Shown here: in pieces, positions 1 through 11,684 of the stretch | How the letters are laid out: every line of letters begins with the position of its first letter | How positions within the stretch are numbered: the first letter of the stretch is position 1 | DNA from: Vitrella brassicaformis CCMP3155 | Lineage: Eukaryota; Protista; Chromerida | NCBI GenBank assembly: GCA_001179505.1 | Contig: CDMY01000457.1 | Span: forward strand, 1-64,000 | Direction: 5' to 3' | Length of the DNA: 64,000 nt | Program-made: the position numbers and the translations under genes | Notes under the pieces: generated by a model | Database searches by the model: none | The model's input: the letters and a program-made list of their open reading frames with translations, nothing else | What the model was told of the DNA's origin: nothing

Positions 1-126
1 CGCGGGATGAGGGTAGGTGGAGGGGGTTGGGTGTAGTCCGATACACGCTCGCTCATCCGAAAAGGAGGAGAAACAGCCGAGAAATCACCAACTCAATCAT
101 GGGGGGTAAGATGAATGTTGCTTTAT

Positions 127-152
127 TGAATGAATGAATGAATGAATGAATG
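127..152. repeat. (TGAA)n microsatellite downstream of the RING gene stop
   Basis: About 6 perfect TGAA units read directly. Confidence 0.9.
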
Positions 153-313
153 GGTGGTCCAAAGGCCATAAAAGCTCTCTCGATGACACAAAGACACGAC
201 AACAAAACTTGCCAAGTCACCACTGCGCCCTCCCTCCTAGCCTCATGCCCCACCCACCACCCACACACTGCAGCCCCACCGCTCCACACACCCACAGTCG
301 ATGGGTCGATCGA

Positions 314-3300
314 TCACGACAGAATGGCGTTGGTCCAGCCGTCGAAGGGTTGCCGACACAGCGGGCACTCGGGGGGCTGCAGGTTCTGCACACATTGCTG
401 GCACACGCAGAAGTGGCCGCACGGCTGCAAAACCACCGATCTCTCCTGGGCGAGGCACACTTGGCAGTCGGTGCGCTCCTCCATCTGCCGCTGCATCTGC
501 TCGCGGAACTCGGCCTGCTGCCTCTCGTGGGCCCTCTGTTGAGCTCTGGCGATGAGCGACTGCAGCTGCGGCAGCTCTGTGGTGGTGATGGCCGTCTGCC
601 GGTCGATCAGCTGCATAGCAAAGCCGCTGAGATCGTCCGCAGTGGTCAGCCCTTGGAAGGTCTCACTCAACCTGAATGACACACCGACCAAAGCACAGGT
701 GGTGCCTACCTTGAGAGGTGTGCCATTGCTCTGTGAGTGGGTACGTACCTGTCGATGTGATTGCTGCGGAGCTGGTCAATGTCAGCCTGCAGCGACCCGA
801 CGCTAGCTTGGAGGCTGGCGCACACAGGCAGCAGAACCAAACAGGGTCTGTAGGTCTGTGCAGGTTGTGTCAGCTGCCTGTCCCATACATACCTGGCGAT
901 CTCCTGCCCTTGGGATGCAGTTTCCTGTCTCAGCGAGGTATTTTCCTGCCTCAGTGACGTCTCCCTTTGAGCAGCGGCCCTGACACAAAATGAAGGAATG
1001 AAAAAAAAACCGGTGTGTAAGTGTTGCACCGGGTTAGTACCTCTTGGCTTGCTCGATGTGCCGCTGCATCTCGGTGACCTGCTGCTGACGGGCAGACCTC
1101 TCGCGATCAATAGCGCTGAGCAGGCCAGCAGCACAGCTGGACATGGCCTTGTGTGCGTCCTGTGGCTAGTGTAGGTAGACACCTGGTGAGTCGCTGGTGC
1201 TGTTGGCTGAGCTGCTGGCGGTAGACCTCATTGGCCTTCTTCATATCGGCCTGGAGCCGCTCGTTGGCCGCGAGAGTGTCGGCGACAGTCTGCTCGCCGG
1301 CCGCCTGAGCCTCACGCAAACTGCACACAGCAACGAAGAAGGGCACAGTCAGCTGGATGGATGAATGTGGTGATGCATTATGTACCGCTCGATCTCCTGA
1401 CGGGCGGCATGAGTCTCCTGCTGGAGAGCATGAAACTGTTGCTGAAGGGCGGCCTCCCTCTCCATCGACTCATGCCTGCAGCCGGATAACACAACCACAG
1501 CGGTGAGTCCTTGCTTTTCTTTCTTGTGTTTCCTCTCACCTCGACGCTTCGCTTTGCCGGTCTCTGCGCATCAACTCAGCCTCGAGCTCAGCAATCCTGA
1601 CAAGACCAGATACACCATCACTGTGTGACCAGACACTTCCAGCAATCGCCTCACCTGGCCCGCAGCGCCTCAGTCTCGTCTCCGCCACTCACACGACCGT
1701 CGTCACGACGCCCCGCCGCCCGTCCATCGGTCTCTTCAGCCCCCTGGCCAGTCAGACGCCAGTCACCACCGCCACCATGCCCACTCGCACCATCAATCGA
1801 CAGAAGGTCGTCAACTTCACGCCCACCACCGGGCAGCGGGGGCATGGAGGCGGTCGTCAGAGGAAGCAGCGGCCCACTGGCAGCGCTTACGGCGGCAGCA
1901 GAACCGGCAGCGACAGCAGCGAGGAGACGGGCAGGCTCGAGACCGTCATCCCTCTCCTCTCCCTCCCCCTCACGCACCGATGGGCTGCTGTCTGCCGGGA
2001 GAGATGGCCCTGCTGCGGCCGACGGGAGAGGGCCAGACAATGCAGCAGGGGCGTTCGATGGTGTCTTGTTCTTGCGTCGTTTTTTCTTCTTGGCCTTCTT
2101 GCCGCCCTCGCCCCCCTCCTGCCCGCCCCCATGCTGCTGCTGCTGGTCGTCATCGCTGGAGAACTCCACACCGAGCTCTTTTCGGGCTGCGCGAGCACGC
2201 GCCTCGGCCCGCTTCAGCCGCTCCTGTGCTCTCACGTCGTCCTTGGGCGGCTGGTCGCCTCTCTTCTTGTCCTTTTCGGCCATGCGGGCGGCCTTCTGCT
2301 GCATCATATCGTGTTTGTGGCGCAGCTCGTCGCCCTTGTTCTCGAGACGGATGCGCTTGTTCTCGAGGCGGATCTTGATCTTGTCGATGTCGATGCGATG
2401 GTCGTCCGGATGGGAATCAGGAGACATACCAGCAATGGCCCTCTGAAGCGGCTCTGAAAGAGAAGAGAAGGCAGAGGCTGTCGGCAATGTAGGTAGACGT
2501 ATTTGTTGGCGATCTCACTAACCGATCTCCTTCAGGAGCGTGCCCTTGGCAGCGTTGTTCCTGTTGATCTGCTCGGTGAGGCTGGTGATCTGGCGGTCGA
2601 TGTCCTTCTTGTCGGCCTTGGACGCGGCCGCCTTCTGGGCCCTCAGGTCGCTGACCTTGGTCTGCAGTGTCGACAGCAGGTTCTCGATGACGGCAAGCCG
2701 CTTCTGCTTCTCCTGCAGTGCCTGCCTTAAGAATGCAACAATGACAACAAAGCAGATGCCAGTCGGTCCGCCACTGCGCGCCTTTTCGTACTTGTGTCTG
2801 CGCGATCTCGTCCTCTCCGTGAGGTGTGGGCCGTTGCTGCCCCGGCAGCCTGGTGGCTTCTGCACAAAACACATCTCATATACATAGTTTCCACCATCCA
2901 ACGCACCCTCACTCACCGTTGAGGGCGGCGCGTGCGACGTCGACGTCCTCTTGGGTGATGTTGCTGATGGCAGGGTCGTTCTTGAGGGCCTCGAGCTGGT
3001 CGACACAGTCGCGATATCGAGTGACTGAGACGTTTTCGGAAGCGCTATCCGCTTTGGAGTCTTGGGAGAGGCGGGACAGGCTGTCGAGATAAAGTTGCAG
3101 CAACGGGCCCTACTCGTGACCGTCTGCCACCACGCCAGAGGGGCAGAGGCGTCATAGCAACTCGCAAAGGCGACCAGCAGACGCCGTTGTACATCGAGCA
3201 AATGCGATGAGCGCGACAAACAGACCAAGGCACCTGCACAGGTGCATAGACGGTCACACAGGTGCTCGCAGAGGTAGAATAGTACCCCGGCCAGTTGCGC

Positions 3301-6300
3301 CTTCACCTGTGCGGATGACCGGCTCTTCGTAGGCATACTTCTTGTTGATCTCCACGATCACGCCAATAACCGCTACAGGACAGGAGCTGGCATTGGCGAG
3401 AGGCACATCTGCATTGGTCCACAGGGATAGAAGGGTAGTTGCACAGGCCGACATGCCCTCTTGCACATGCACGTACGTGAGAGGTCCAGAATGAATGGTG
3501 AGCTGCTCCTGATTTTCTTCTGCTTGGCCCGCAGTCTCTCCTCCCTCCTCTGCCGTGCCGCCATCCGTCGGTCCTCCTCAGCTGCGTCAGCTGGCGGCGG
3601 CAGGCGAGCGTCGTCGGCTGCCCACTGACGCTCCTTGACAGCACGGGCACCGGCGAGCTCACTCTCACGCGCAGCATTGGCCTTCTCGACGGCTTCGTGG
3701 ACCAATGAGGCAAAATCGCCACTCGACAGGAACTGCCCGCCGATGAGCTCGCCGAGCGGGACGCGTGCTGTGGACAAACACACAAAAAAGCAGAGATCAT
3801 AAGAACGGATACAAGACCGGAAGGGAAGGGTTTGACGTACATGAGAAGGAAAGATTCAAGAGTGAGAGTTCCGTCACTGCGAAGCGGAGGAATGCCTCGA
3901 CGACAGTGGCGGCCGAGCTAGCATCCAGATGGAGAAACCTGACGAGCCAAAGACGGGCTTACATGCACACACGTGAGGGCATGGGACCTACTTGAGGGCC
4001 TTCCGATGGGGATTGCTGTTGAGGCCAGTGTAAATGTCCATTCCGCCAAGAGTTTGTTGTAGTTGGGGCTCAGTGGCGCCTGCTGAGAGGATGACAACAG
4101 CCGGGATGCGCTGCACCCTCACTTCTCTGCCTCGACTGAATGAGAAGGCGATGGACCGACACAACACCGTGGAGAACAAGTCCTTTGCGGCTGCCTGTAG
4201 CGAGACAATTGAACATGGCCACACATGTGACTCGAGGTGCGGTGCTCCGCTCACTGCGAAATCGCGCGGACTGTCTTTCCCAATGTCAGAATCGGTAACA
4301 GTGATCGAGCGGAGGTCCAGGGTAGTCAACGACCAGCGAGAGAGGCCCTGCACGCACGCACACGACCGTTTTGACGCCAACCACTCACTCACGCGTGTCA
4401 CGTTGTCTCACCTGGAGTAGACCGAGGAAGGCATCGAGCGGAGCAGAAGACAGTGGTAGCCCTAGGTCCCTGAGTTTGTTGAAGGGTCGCGCCTTCGTGA
4501 CGTTCTCTCTGTCTCCCTCGCCCATCCCTTGTCGCTGTCCCCCGGCTGAGCCTGTTGGGAGGGCAGCGGATGATGTGCTGGGGGTGCGTGTCACGTCATG
4601 TGGCGATGATGATGGCGGGAAGGCACTGTCATTGCTGATGTCGCCCTTGCTGTCTTGGGCCACCTTGAGCAGAGTGGCCAGCCGGTGGGTGAATGCAGCG
4701 CTCATCTTGGCATTGGAGAGCTCCAGGGTCTGCAGTGAGGGCAGGCGGGCGATGGCATCGGCGAGTCGGATGCAGTCGTCGTCGGGGATCGCCTGCAAAT
4801 CCACATCTGCACAGCACATACCATGTTGCGACAACCACATTGCAGGGGGGTGGTCCGCCCACCTCTCAGTCTGAGAGCGAGAAGTCTGTCAGCTCCCTCA
4901 AGGAAGTAGACCAGGTCGGCGATGTCGTCAGCTGTCGCTAAGCATTTCCAGCAGATCGACACACCCAGCGCCACATCGCACGAGTACCTGATGGAAATAA
5001 TGCGATAGCTCCGTTCCGCAGAAGGCTTGCGCATCGTTGCTCTCCCGAACATACCTGGCCAGTGCCGGCATCAGACTCGCGTCGTGGGTCACGACGATCT
5101 TAGGATATGGCGCCAGCAGCTCGCGATTGGCATACGAGCAGATGCGGTCCGTCGAACGGACCGGGCACAGCCTAAACCATACACACAATCAGAACAACAG
5201 TCAGACACGCCGCCATTCCATGTCATGTGATATAATGTCATGTGTATGCCTCTTTACACGTTGTATAGACTTGGGCATGAAACCGCCAGCATGGCAACCT
5301 GCTTGACAGTGAAGTTGAATGGCCCTCCAAGACGGTAAATGGTGTTGAGGACCCTCTTGTCCGACAAACAACGCACAAGGCCACTCTGATAGACATCGAG
5401 GCCAAATGTGTCTTCGTTCGGGGATTTTACAGCAGTTTGGTCTGTGTCCCTACCTACCTGTGTGTTCTGCTGCCGCACAGCCGCTGTCTGCGGGTCCTGC
5501 TGCGATAAGACCCACCGATCGATCGCCAGCTGCTCCAAAGAACACACATACAGAGTGAAAAGCAGTGATCGAGTGGTACACATAGGAGTACGGCAGACCT
5601 TGCGGCGACGAGTTTTGGCGAAGAGGTCCACCAACTGCTCCAACGCCTACAGGATTACAAACACGCGGACGTGCTGCGTGTGTTGGCAGGCCACCGCACG
5701 GGATCATGTCATCTCACCTCCCGAAAGGTACGGTTGCCCACTTCTGACGGGTCCGTGAGCGGCAAGGTGGACTCCAACTGAGCATGAAGGGCACCACGCA
5801 CCTCGGTCAGCGTGGTGGTTGTGTGGAGGATCTGACCTGTAAAATACGTTCGACGATCGGATTCTCTTTGGCCTTACCGCTCATCACCTGTCGGTCACCA
5901 TATCTGATGCACAAATGAAGACGCTTCTCTCTCGATGGGCGCATTCTGTGGCAAACGAGTGACAGACGCACCTGGCGAGGCTGTTCAGAACGACTATTGC
6001 ATCGTTGGCAGGGCTGCCAAGGACGCGGAGGTCTTGCCTCGCGGCCCTCGACAGCAGGGGATACATGAGCTCAGCCAGACCGTCACACGATGTGTACTGA
6101 GCATACAAACGAATACCGGAGGGGCAAAGCCTTACACATTGTCAGATCGCCACTGACCGTCTCACGATTGATTATGTGTTCGATCACATGGAGAGAGTTT
6201 CCGAGGACGCCTGATCCCCGCATGCTATCGCCCTCATCGGTCAGCCTGTCGTTCTGCAAGATGCTCATCGTTGCCGGAAGGAAGCCCGCCTGCGCAACAC

Positions 6301-8235
6301 GCTCGGAGTAACCACACTCTGACCACACACACACGTCAGGAGAAGCCACCGCGTAAGGGAGCAGATGTTGTCAACAATTATGTCTCCTGGTACTCACCGG
6401 CAATCACCATCGGTGTGTGAAGGCACATTCGAACGTCCTCAACTGTCCACTCAACAGCAGGGTCTTTCAGCGTGACAGCCATCTTTCTCAAGGCAGGGGG
6501 CCTCGCCAACACGGCACGACAAAGGGACTGCAGGGTAGCACTTCCTGCATACACACGTAGGCACACACAGAGTGGTGTGACGAATCAGGGAGCCCCCTCT
6601 ATGTCCCAGTGACGCCCACTGGGCAGATCATCGGTCGAGCAACGCGCTCTAAAGCGGGCGGCTGCAAAGGCGACGCTGATCGCCCGAAACGCCCTCGACA
6701 GGATCAGCAGATCAGTGCTGGTCGCCATCGCCTCGATCACCACATCGATATGCTGGGGCAGGATCGGCTCGAATGCAGCTGAATGGCACACACATGCGCA
6801 CACACACAGACACGTACACAGACAAACACACCATATGGCACACCTTTAGGGTCCATCAAGATGGTGGGCGCCACTTTGTGAGTGATGTCGAAGACGCGCC
6901 CCGGCTGCAGCCCTCTGCCCACGGCTGCATCCACCATTACACCAAACAGCGGCAGCCACTCCACACCGTACCAATAGTGCGTCTGATGGAGCCGTTCGAG
7001 GAAGGACATTGCCGCAGACTGATGCGATGGGTTGTCACGGTCACGCAATAGCGCCACAACACCAGCAGCAAGGCTGCTCTCGGATGGCTTGTGCAGGTCA
7101 GCATCCAACTCTCCCCTTCCCGCTTGTGCCATAAAGTGGAAAAGATCGTAAGTAGGAAGGTTGCGCTTCGACTCATCCATGGCGGCCACCGAGTCGCTGA
7201 ATCGCCGCACTGACGCATTATCAGACGGCAGCCGCGGCACGTCTGTGAGCTTCTCCATGTGTCGCACAAAGAGGCCGATATCACCAGCTACGATAGCATC
7301 ACGAGCGGAGCACAGGCTGGCAGCAGCTGACTCAACGACTGACGGATCGATAGCTGCCGATGGGTGCAGAGCTGGCACTTCATCATCCGAAGAGGAGGCC
7401 AGCACGCCGCCGATTGTGCATCCAGAGCCCGAGCGGGCCTGCCGCGCGTTGGCCTTGGGTTGCTTCTTGGGTGGAGCGGGGACGGGGCCGGAGGGAGGGG
7501 ACGGGTGGGAGGGACTCTCGGACGGCTGCTGCTCTGATGCCGCTGCTGCGGCGAGTGGCGACGGGTTGATGCTGCTGGTGAGGTCGACGGCTTGCTGGTG
7601 CTGCTTCTGCATCGATGAGAAAGTACTGGACTGAATAGGTGTAGAAGAGAGCTGATCCTGAAAATCACACACACACACACACACGCACACACAAACAAAC
7701 AGAGAGAGAGAGAGACCACTCAGGCATCCTCGTGTGCACTTCTGCCTTCGTGTCTGTCTGTATGTACCGGTGTGGTGTCGACAATGGCATCTGAATCATC
7801 TGTAGGCCCATGGCCGTGCTCGGCCCCTTCCATCAGCGCAGGGCAGCCTCCCTGCTGCTGCATCGCCACGCCGCCCACAGCTGATGTGCTGGCTGCTGGT
7901 GAGGGGGTGGAAGTGAGCTGCACAGACTGGGCACGATGGCATGGACTGCTGCATTGGTGCTGAGTCTGCGGGTCGCTGTCAGCCTCTTGGTGGAGAGATC
8001 CCACTGCTGGTTCGGCAGACGACGCACTAACTGGACGGCCGCCATGGCTGCTCCCTGACGATTCATCGCCGCGCCGCTCACTCCCACCAGATCCCTCCTC
8101 TGCTGACGTGCCTTCCATAGGCACCTGTTGCTGCTGCTGTGCCTGTGGTTGCTCCTGTTGGTTCTCAGGGGTGCCGTCGGGGCTGCTGTCTGCCGTGCGG
8201 CCGCTGGCGGCCAGTCCTTCTGAATCGGCATCCAT
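314..8235 (-). CDS. Multi-exon LRR-like/coiled-coil/RING-HC (C3HC4) putative E3 ubiquitin ligase, copy 1
   Basis: Last exon encodes CQVCLAQERSVVLQPCGHFCVCQQCVQNLQPPECPLC (C3HC4 RING). Coiled-coil/Lys-rich exons at 1107-2730. LRR-like segments SLTTLDLRSI and LPSLQTLELSNAKM at 4300-4800. Low-complexity N-terminus from ATG 8235 (MDADSEG). Exon order is colinear with the paralog at 47891-56132. Internal exon boundaries only partly resolved. Confidence 0.8.
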
Positions 8236-8420
8236 GGACACGAGCGCTCGGTAAGTTATCTACCTGCATGAGTCAACGCCAAAACAGACACACACGACAG
8301 AGGTACAGGTTCATGGTCCTCGTTTCACACAGCGATGCTTACAGTGAGTCTGCGCGGCCGACAGGTGGAAGATTTCCGACATCCCGTCAGGATGCAACAC
8401 CACAGCAGCTGCGGGAAAGG
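8225..8420 (-). promoter_or_regulatory. Shared 5'UTR/intron module of the RING-family genes, copy 1 (others at ~20105-20300 and ~56125-56320)
   Basis: Alignable non-coding sequence (tatctacctgcatgagtcaacgccaaaacag...cttacagtg...ggaagat...ccgtcag) with conserved donor and acceptor upstream of all three family ATGs. Confidence 0.65.
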
Positions 8421-8573
8421 CCAACAACACCACTCGTGCACCTTCCGGGAAAACAAGCTCGCAGATCGCCTTCAGCCAGAAACCATTTTGGGCGAGAGAT
8501 CTCGCTGTCCTGGTGGCAGACGACAAACGCAAAGCCTTTGGCTGAGCCATTGTCGCTGAGATCGTTTTTTTCG

Positions 8574-10576
8574 ATGAGTGGATCACTGGCAATTTCTGCC
8601 GCATTGCCAGCATCCGGCAATTCATCGGCAGCACCCTTTCTCATTCACCTGTGCATCTGCCTGATCGTCGGCATCGCAAGCCAGGCGCTGTGTGTTGCGA
8701 GTGCGGCTGAGTCTATCATAGTTCGGGTGCGCTTGCCGACGGGAGAGCTCAAGAGAGTCACCATGAGGAGAAACGAAAGGCTGCAATCCATCAGAAGAAA
8801 GGTCAGCGGACAGGACGAACAAGCCCGTTAGGCACCTGCTGTGTGTCGTTTGGTCGTTCAGTTGGGTCTTGACCGAGATGCCTCTTCGTTCCCGTTTGCA
8901 GAGGATCCCCGCGGCGCCTCCAAGCTCAGCGACAGCGCCATTCTGCAGAGGCTGAAGATCCAGAACGGCCAGATCATCTACCTCGTCCGACCGCCGTCGA
9001 CTGAGAAGCCCTCATTGATGCCGCCAGCTGAAGCACCATCAGAGAGGCTGCCTTCTGAGCCACCCGCTGCGAGGCCGACAACCGCCAAGCACGTGCGCGA
9101 TGGCTATATGCCCTACCCTGAGCTGTCATCGAGGCGCAGCGGTCGGCTGAGGCGGCGGGCCAGTGGTCGTGTGGGTCAGATGTCGATGCAGGACCTGCAG
9201 GCGACGAGCAAGAGGCTGCAGGTCAAGGCGCAGACTGATAAGGTGGTCAAGCAGGTAAGTGAACGGCCGACGGATGAAGCAGCGGCTGAATGATTCATTG
9301 CTTTGTTGCTTCATTGCTTCGCTGCTTCACTGCTTCGCTCATTCATTCACTCATTCATTGCGATCCGTCCCTTGTACGGTGAATGCAGGTGAGCGTGTCA
9401 TCGGGCGGTGCTGAGTGGTTCCTGTCCGGCATCAGGGCCTTTGCTGCGGCGAGGAACGGCACAGAGACTTCTGTGAGGGGTGCTGCCTTGCTGTACGGCA
9501 CGGTGGACGCGTCGACCGGCCGCATCACCGTGGAGGCCGTCACGCAGCCGTCGGCAATGGCATGGAGAGAGGGGGAGGAATGCGACCTCGACCAGGTCGG
9601 TGTGTGCCGAGACACTTGAACGGCAGGATCTATCTGCGTGTGTGTGGATGCAGCTCTGGTCGCCCTCAAACAGGGAACTTGACAGTGCTGACAGGTCAGG
9701 AGACAACAAGAACCACGCGACGCTCGTGACGCTCTGCTCACTTTTCTCTTCTTTCTTTTCAGGGTCGCCGAGATGCTCGGTCTTCGGCTGGTGGGCTGGA
9801 TCTTTACGAGCCCCGACGAGCAGACACCCGTGGGCAGCACTGAGATCATCACCGCCTCGCTGCTGCAGCGGCGGTGCATGCAGCGACACGGCAGGGAAGA
9901 GGGGGAGATGTTCGTGTCCGTGGCCGCCATTAGCACAGGCAATGACGTCGCCCTCGAGGCCTTCCATATGAGCAGACAAGCCGTACAGGTGCGCCTGAGC
10001 ACAAACTCACGAGGCAATTCACTCACGCGAACATCCACTTGTGCTGCATGTCTGATGTACTGATGCAGTTGGCGTCGGATGGTCTGTTTGTGCTGCCCTC
10101 GCCGGCCAGCAACGCCTCCCTCATCGCCACCAGCGAGCCTGTGTCTGTCGAGGGCCGCGAGACAACCGATCTGGACGTTCTCTTCTGCCTCATCCCTGTG
10201 GCCATCCAGTCTCACGAGGGCTGGCTGCAGAACAGCTTTCCGTCACCTTTCGTGCCACAGCAGAATGGAGAGGAGTCGCTGGCGGCCGTGCTGCGTCGTC
10301 ATATGCTGGGTCGGGACGTCAGGCGGCGGCCACTGAGTGCGCGGCTGAGGGACTTCAACCTGCTGCTCTATGTTGCCAAGTTTGTCAGCAGGTCAGCAGC
10401 CACGTCAGATCTGTGGTGGCTGTGAGGAGAGTGCTCATTCGATGCATGTGTTGGTGTTGTCTGGTTGCAGGGAAGCGGATTTGCCGGTGTTGTGTCGTGC
10501 TGTGCGTGATGTGCATGACGGGACGCCCCTGTCGTCACATTATGAGATACTGCTCGAGACCATAGCCCACACCTGA
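8574..10576 (+). CDS. NPL4: Npl4-like protein (UBL + MPN-like Npl4 domain) with N-terminal hydrophobic leader; 7 exons
   Basis: Exons ~8574-8801, 8862-9254, 9389-9596, 9654-9694, 9763-9988, 10069-10390, 10471-10576 join in frame. Motifs IIVRVRLPTGELKRV, LLYGTVD..ITVEAVTQP, VAEMLGLRLVGWIFT, LEAFHMSRQAVQL, LIPVAI, RLRDFNLLLY are typical of Npl4. Confidence 0.85.
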
Positions 10577-10980
10577 ACTGAGAGAGAGACAGTGTTCCCG
10601 GGACTGTGCGGTGTGTGTCTGTGACTACTATGACTTTTGAGCATCCAGGCAGCATTTGAGCGATGTCTCTCTCTGTGTGGAGCAGATGTGTACACGAGAC
10701 ACATTCATCGAATGGAGTCACCCAATTGGCACAGGTCAAACACGAGTAACATTGCTGGCGTGTTGATTTGAACCCTAACGATGCGTCGTGTTAATGTATT
10801 TTGTGTGTATGCGTAAGGCAGTGCACATTCACGCACACGAATAGAGAGCCTTTGTATGAATGCCAATACATGTCAACGTCCACTCGATCAACGGTACAAA
10901 TGAGCACCCATTGTATTCACGCCAGCGGTCCATCGGCAGGCAGCTGGTGCCCTCCATGCTTCAAAAGAATGAGTCCACCG

Positions 10981-11040
10981 AGAGACAGAGACAGAGAGAG
11001 GGAGACAGAGGGAGAGAGAGACAGAGAGAGGGAGAGAGAG
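10981..11040. repeat. Compound (GA)n/(GACA) microsatellite
   Basis: agagacagagacagagagagggagacagaggg... read directly. Confidence 0.85.
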
Positions 11041-11684
11041 GAAAGCCAAACACCGTCAGCAAGAAAACCGACAGGGGGGCCCTGGATAGACATTATGCAA
11101 GTCAGTGTATACGTATACGTGTGTGTACACCGATATATATAAAGGTGTGTACAGAAGACATACAAATGCGTACAGACACAGAGAGAGAGGGGGGGGGTGG
11201 AGAGGGGGGGTCGACGTGAGGCAAGGCAGCAGAAAATACGGACCAAGCGCACATGCATCTTACCTGCAGCCAGCCATCCCTCCACGATTCACCACATGTG
11301 TCCGCACAGCACGAGTAAGATGAAGAAGGATTCGAGCACATCGCTCCAGTATGTATGCATTGTGTGTGCATGACAGCATTCAGCAAAAACGCCTGCCTCG
11401 GCGACCGAGTGGCATTCATGAAGTCACACACAAAATGAATTCAGGACGACACTCAGACAGTGAGGGAGAAAGGCAACCCGCCTCCCCGCCAGCAACCAGC
11501 CACACGCATCAACGCCGCGGACCAACAAGCAGACAAGAAGGACTGACTGCATGGAAGCAGCCTGTCTGTCTGTCCGTCTGTCAACTGGTGTGATGACATG
11601 GGTGTGTGGGTGTGGATGGGCGAAGAGTGTGAAGTACACACTGCACGGCCACAGTGTGAGTGTATCCATTCATCCATCCATCCA

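Noticed and set aside
1625-2457. Long plus-strand ORFs (273 and 226 aa)
   Set aside because: Antisense shadows of the RING-gene exon 1651-2487; GC-rich codon usage leaves few stops on the opposite strand.
8311-8644. Minus-strand ORFs as a coding first exon of RING copy 1
   Set aside because: The frame is not conserved in the other two copies, the spliced product hits a stop before the main ATG, and it overlaps the NPL4 start antisense.
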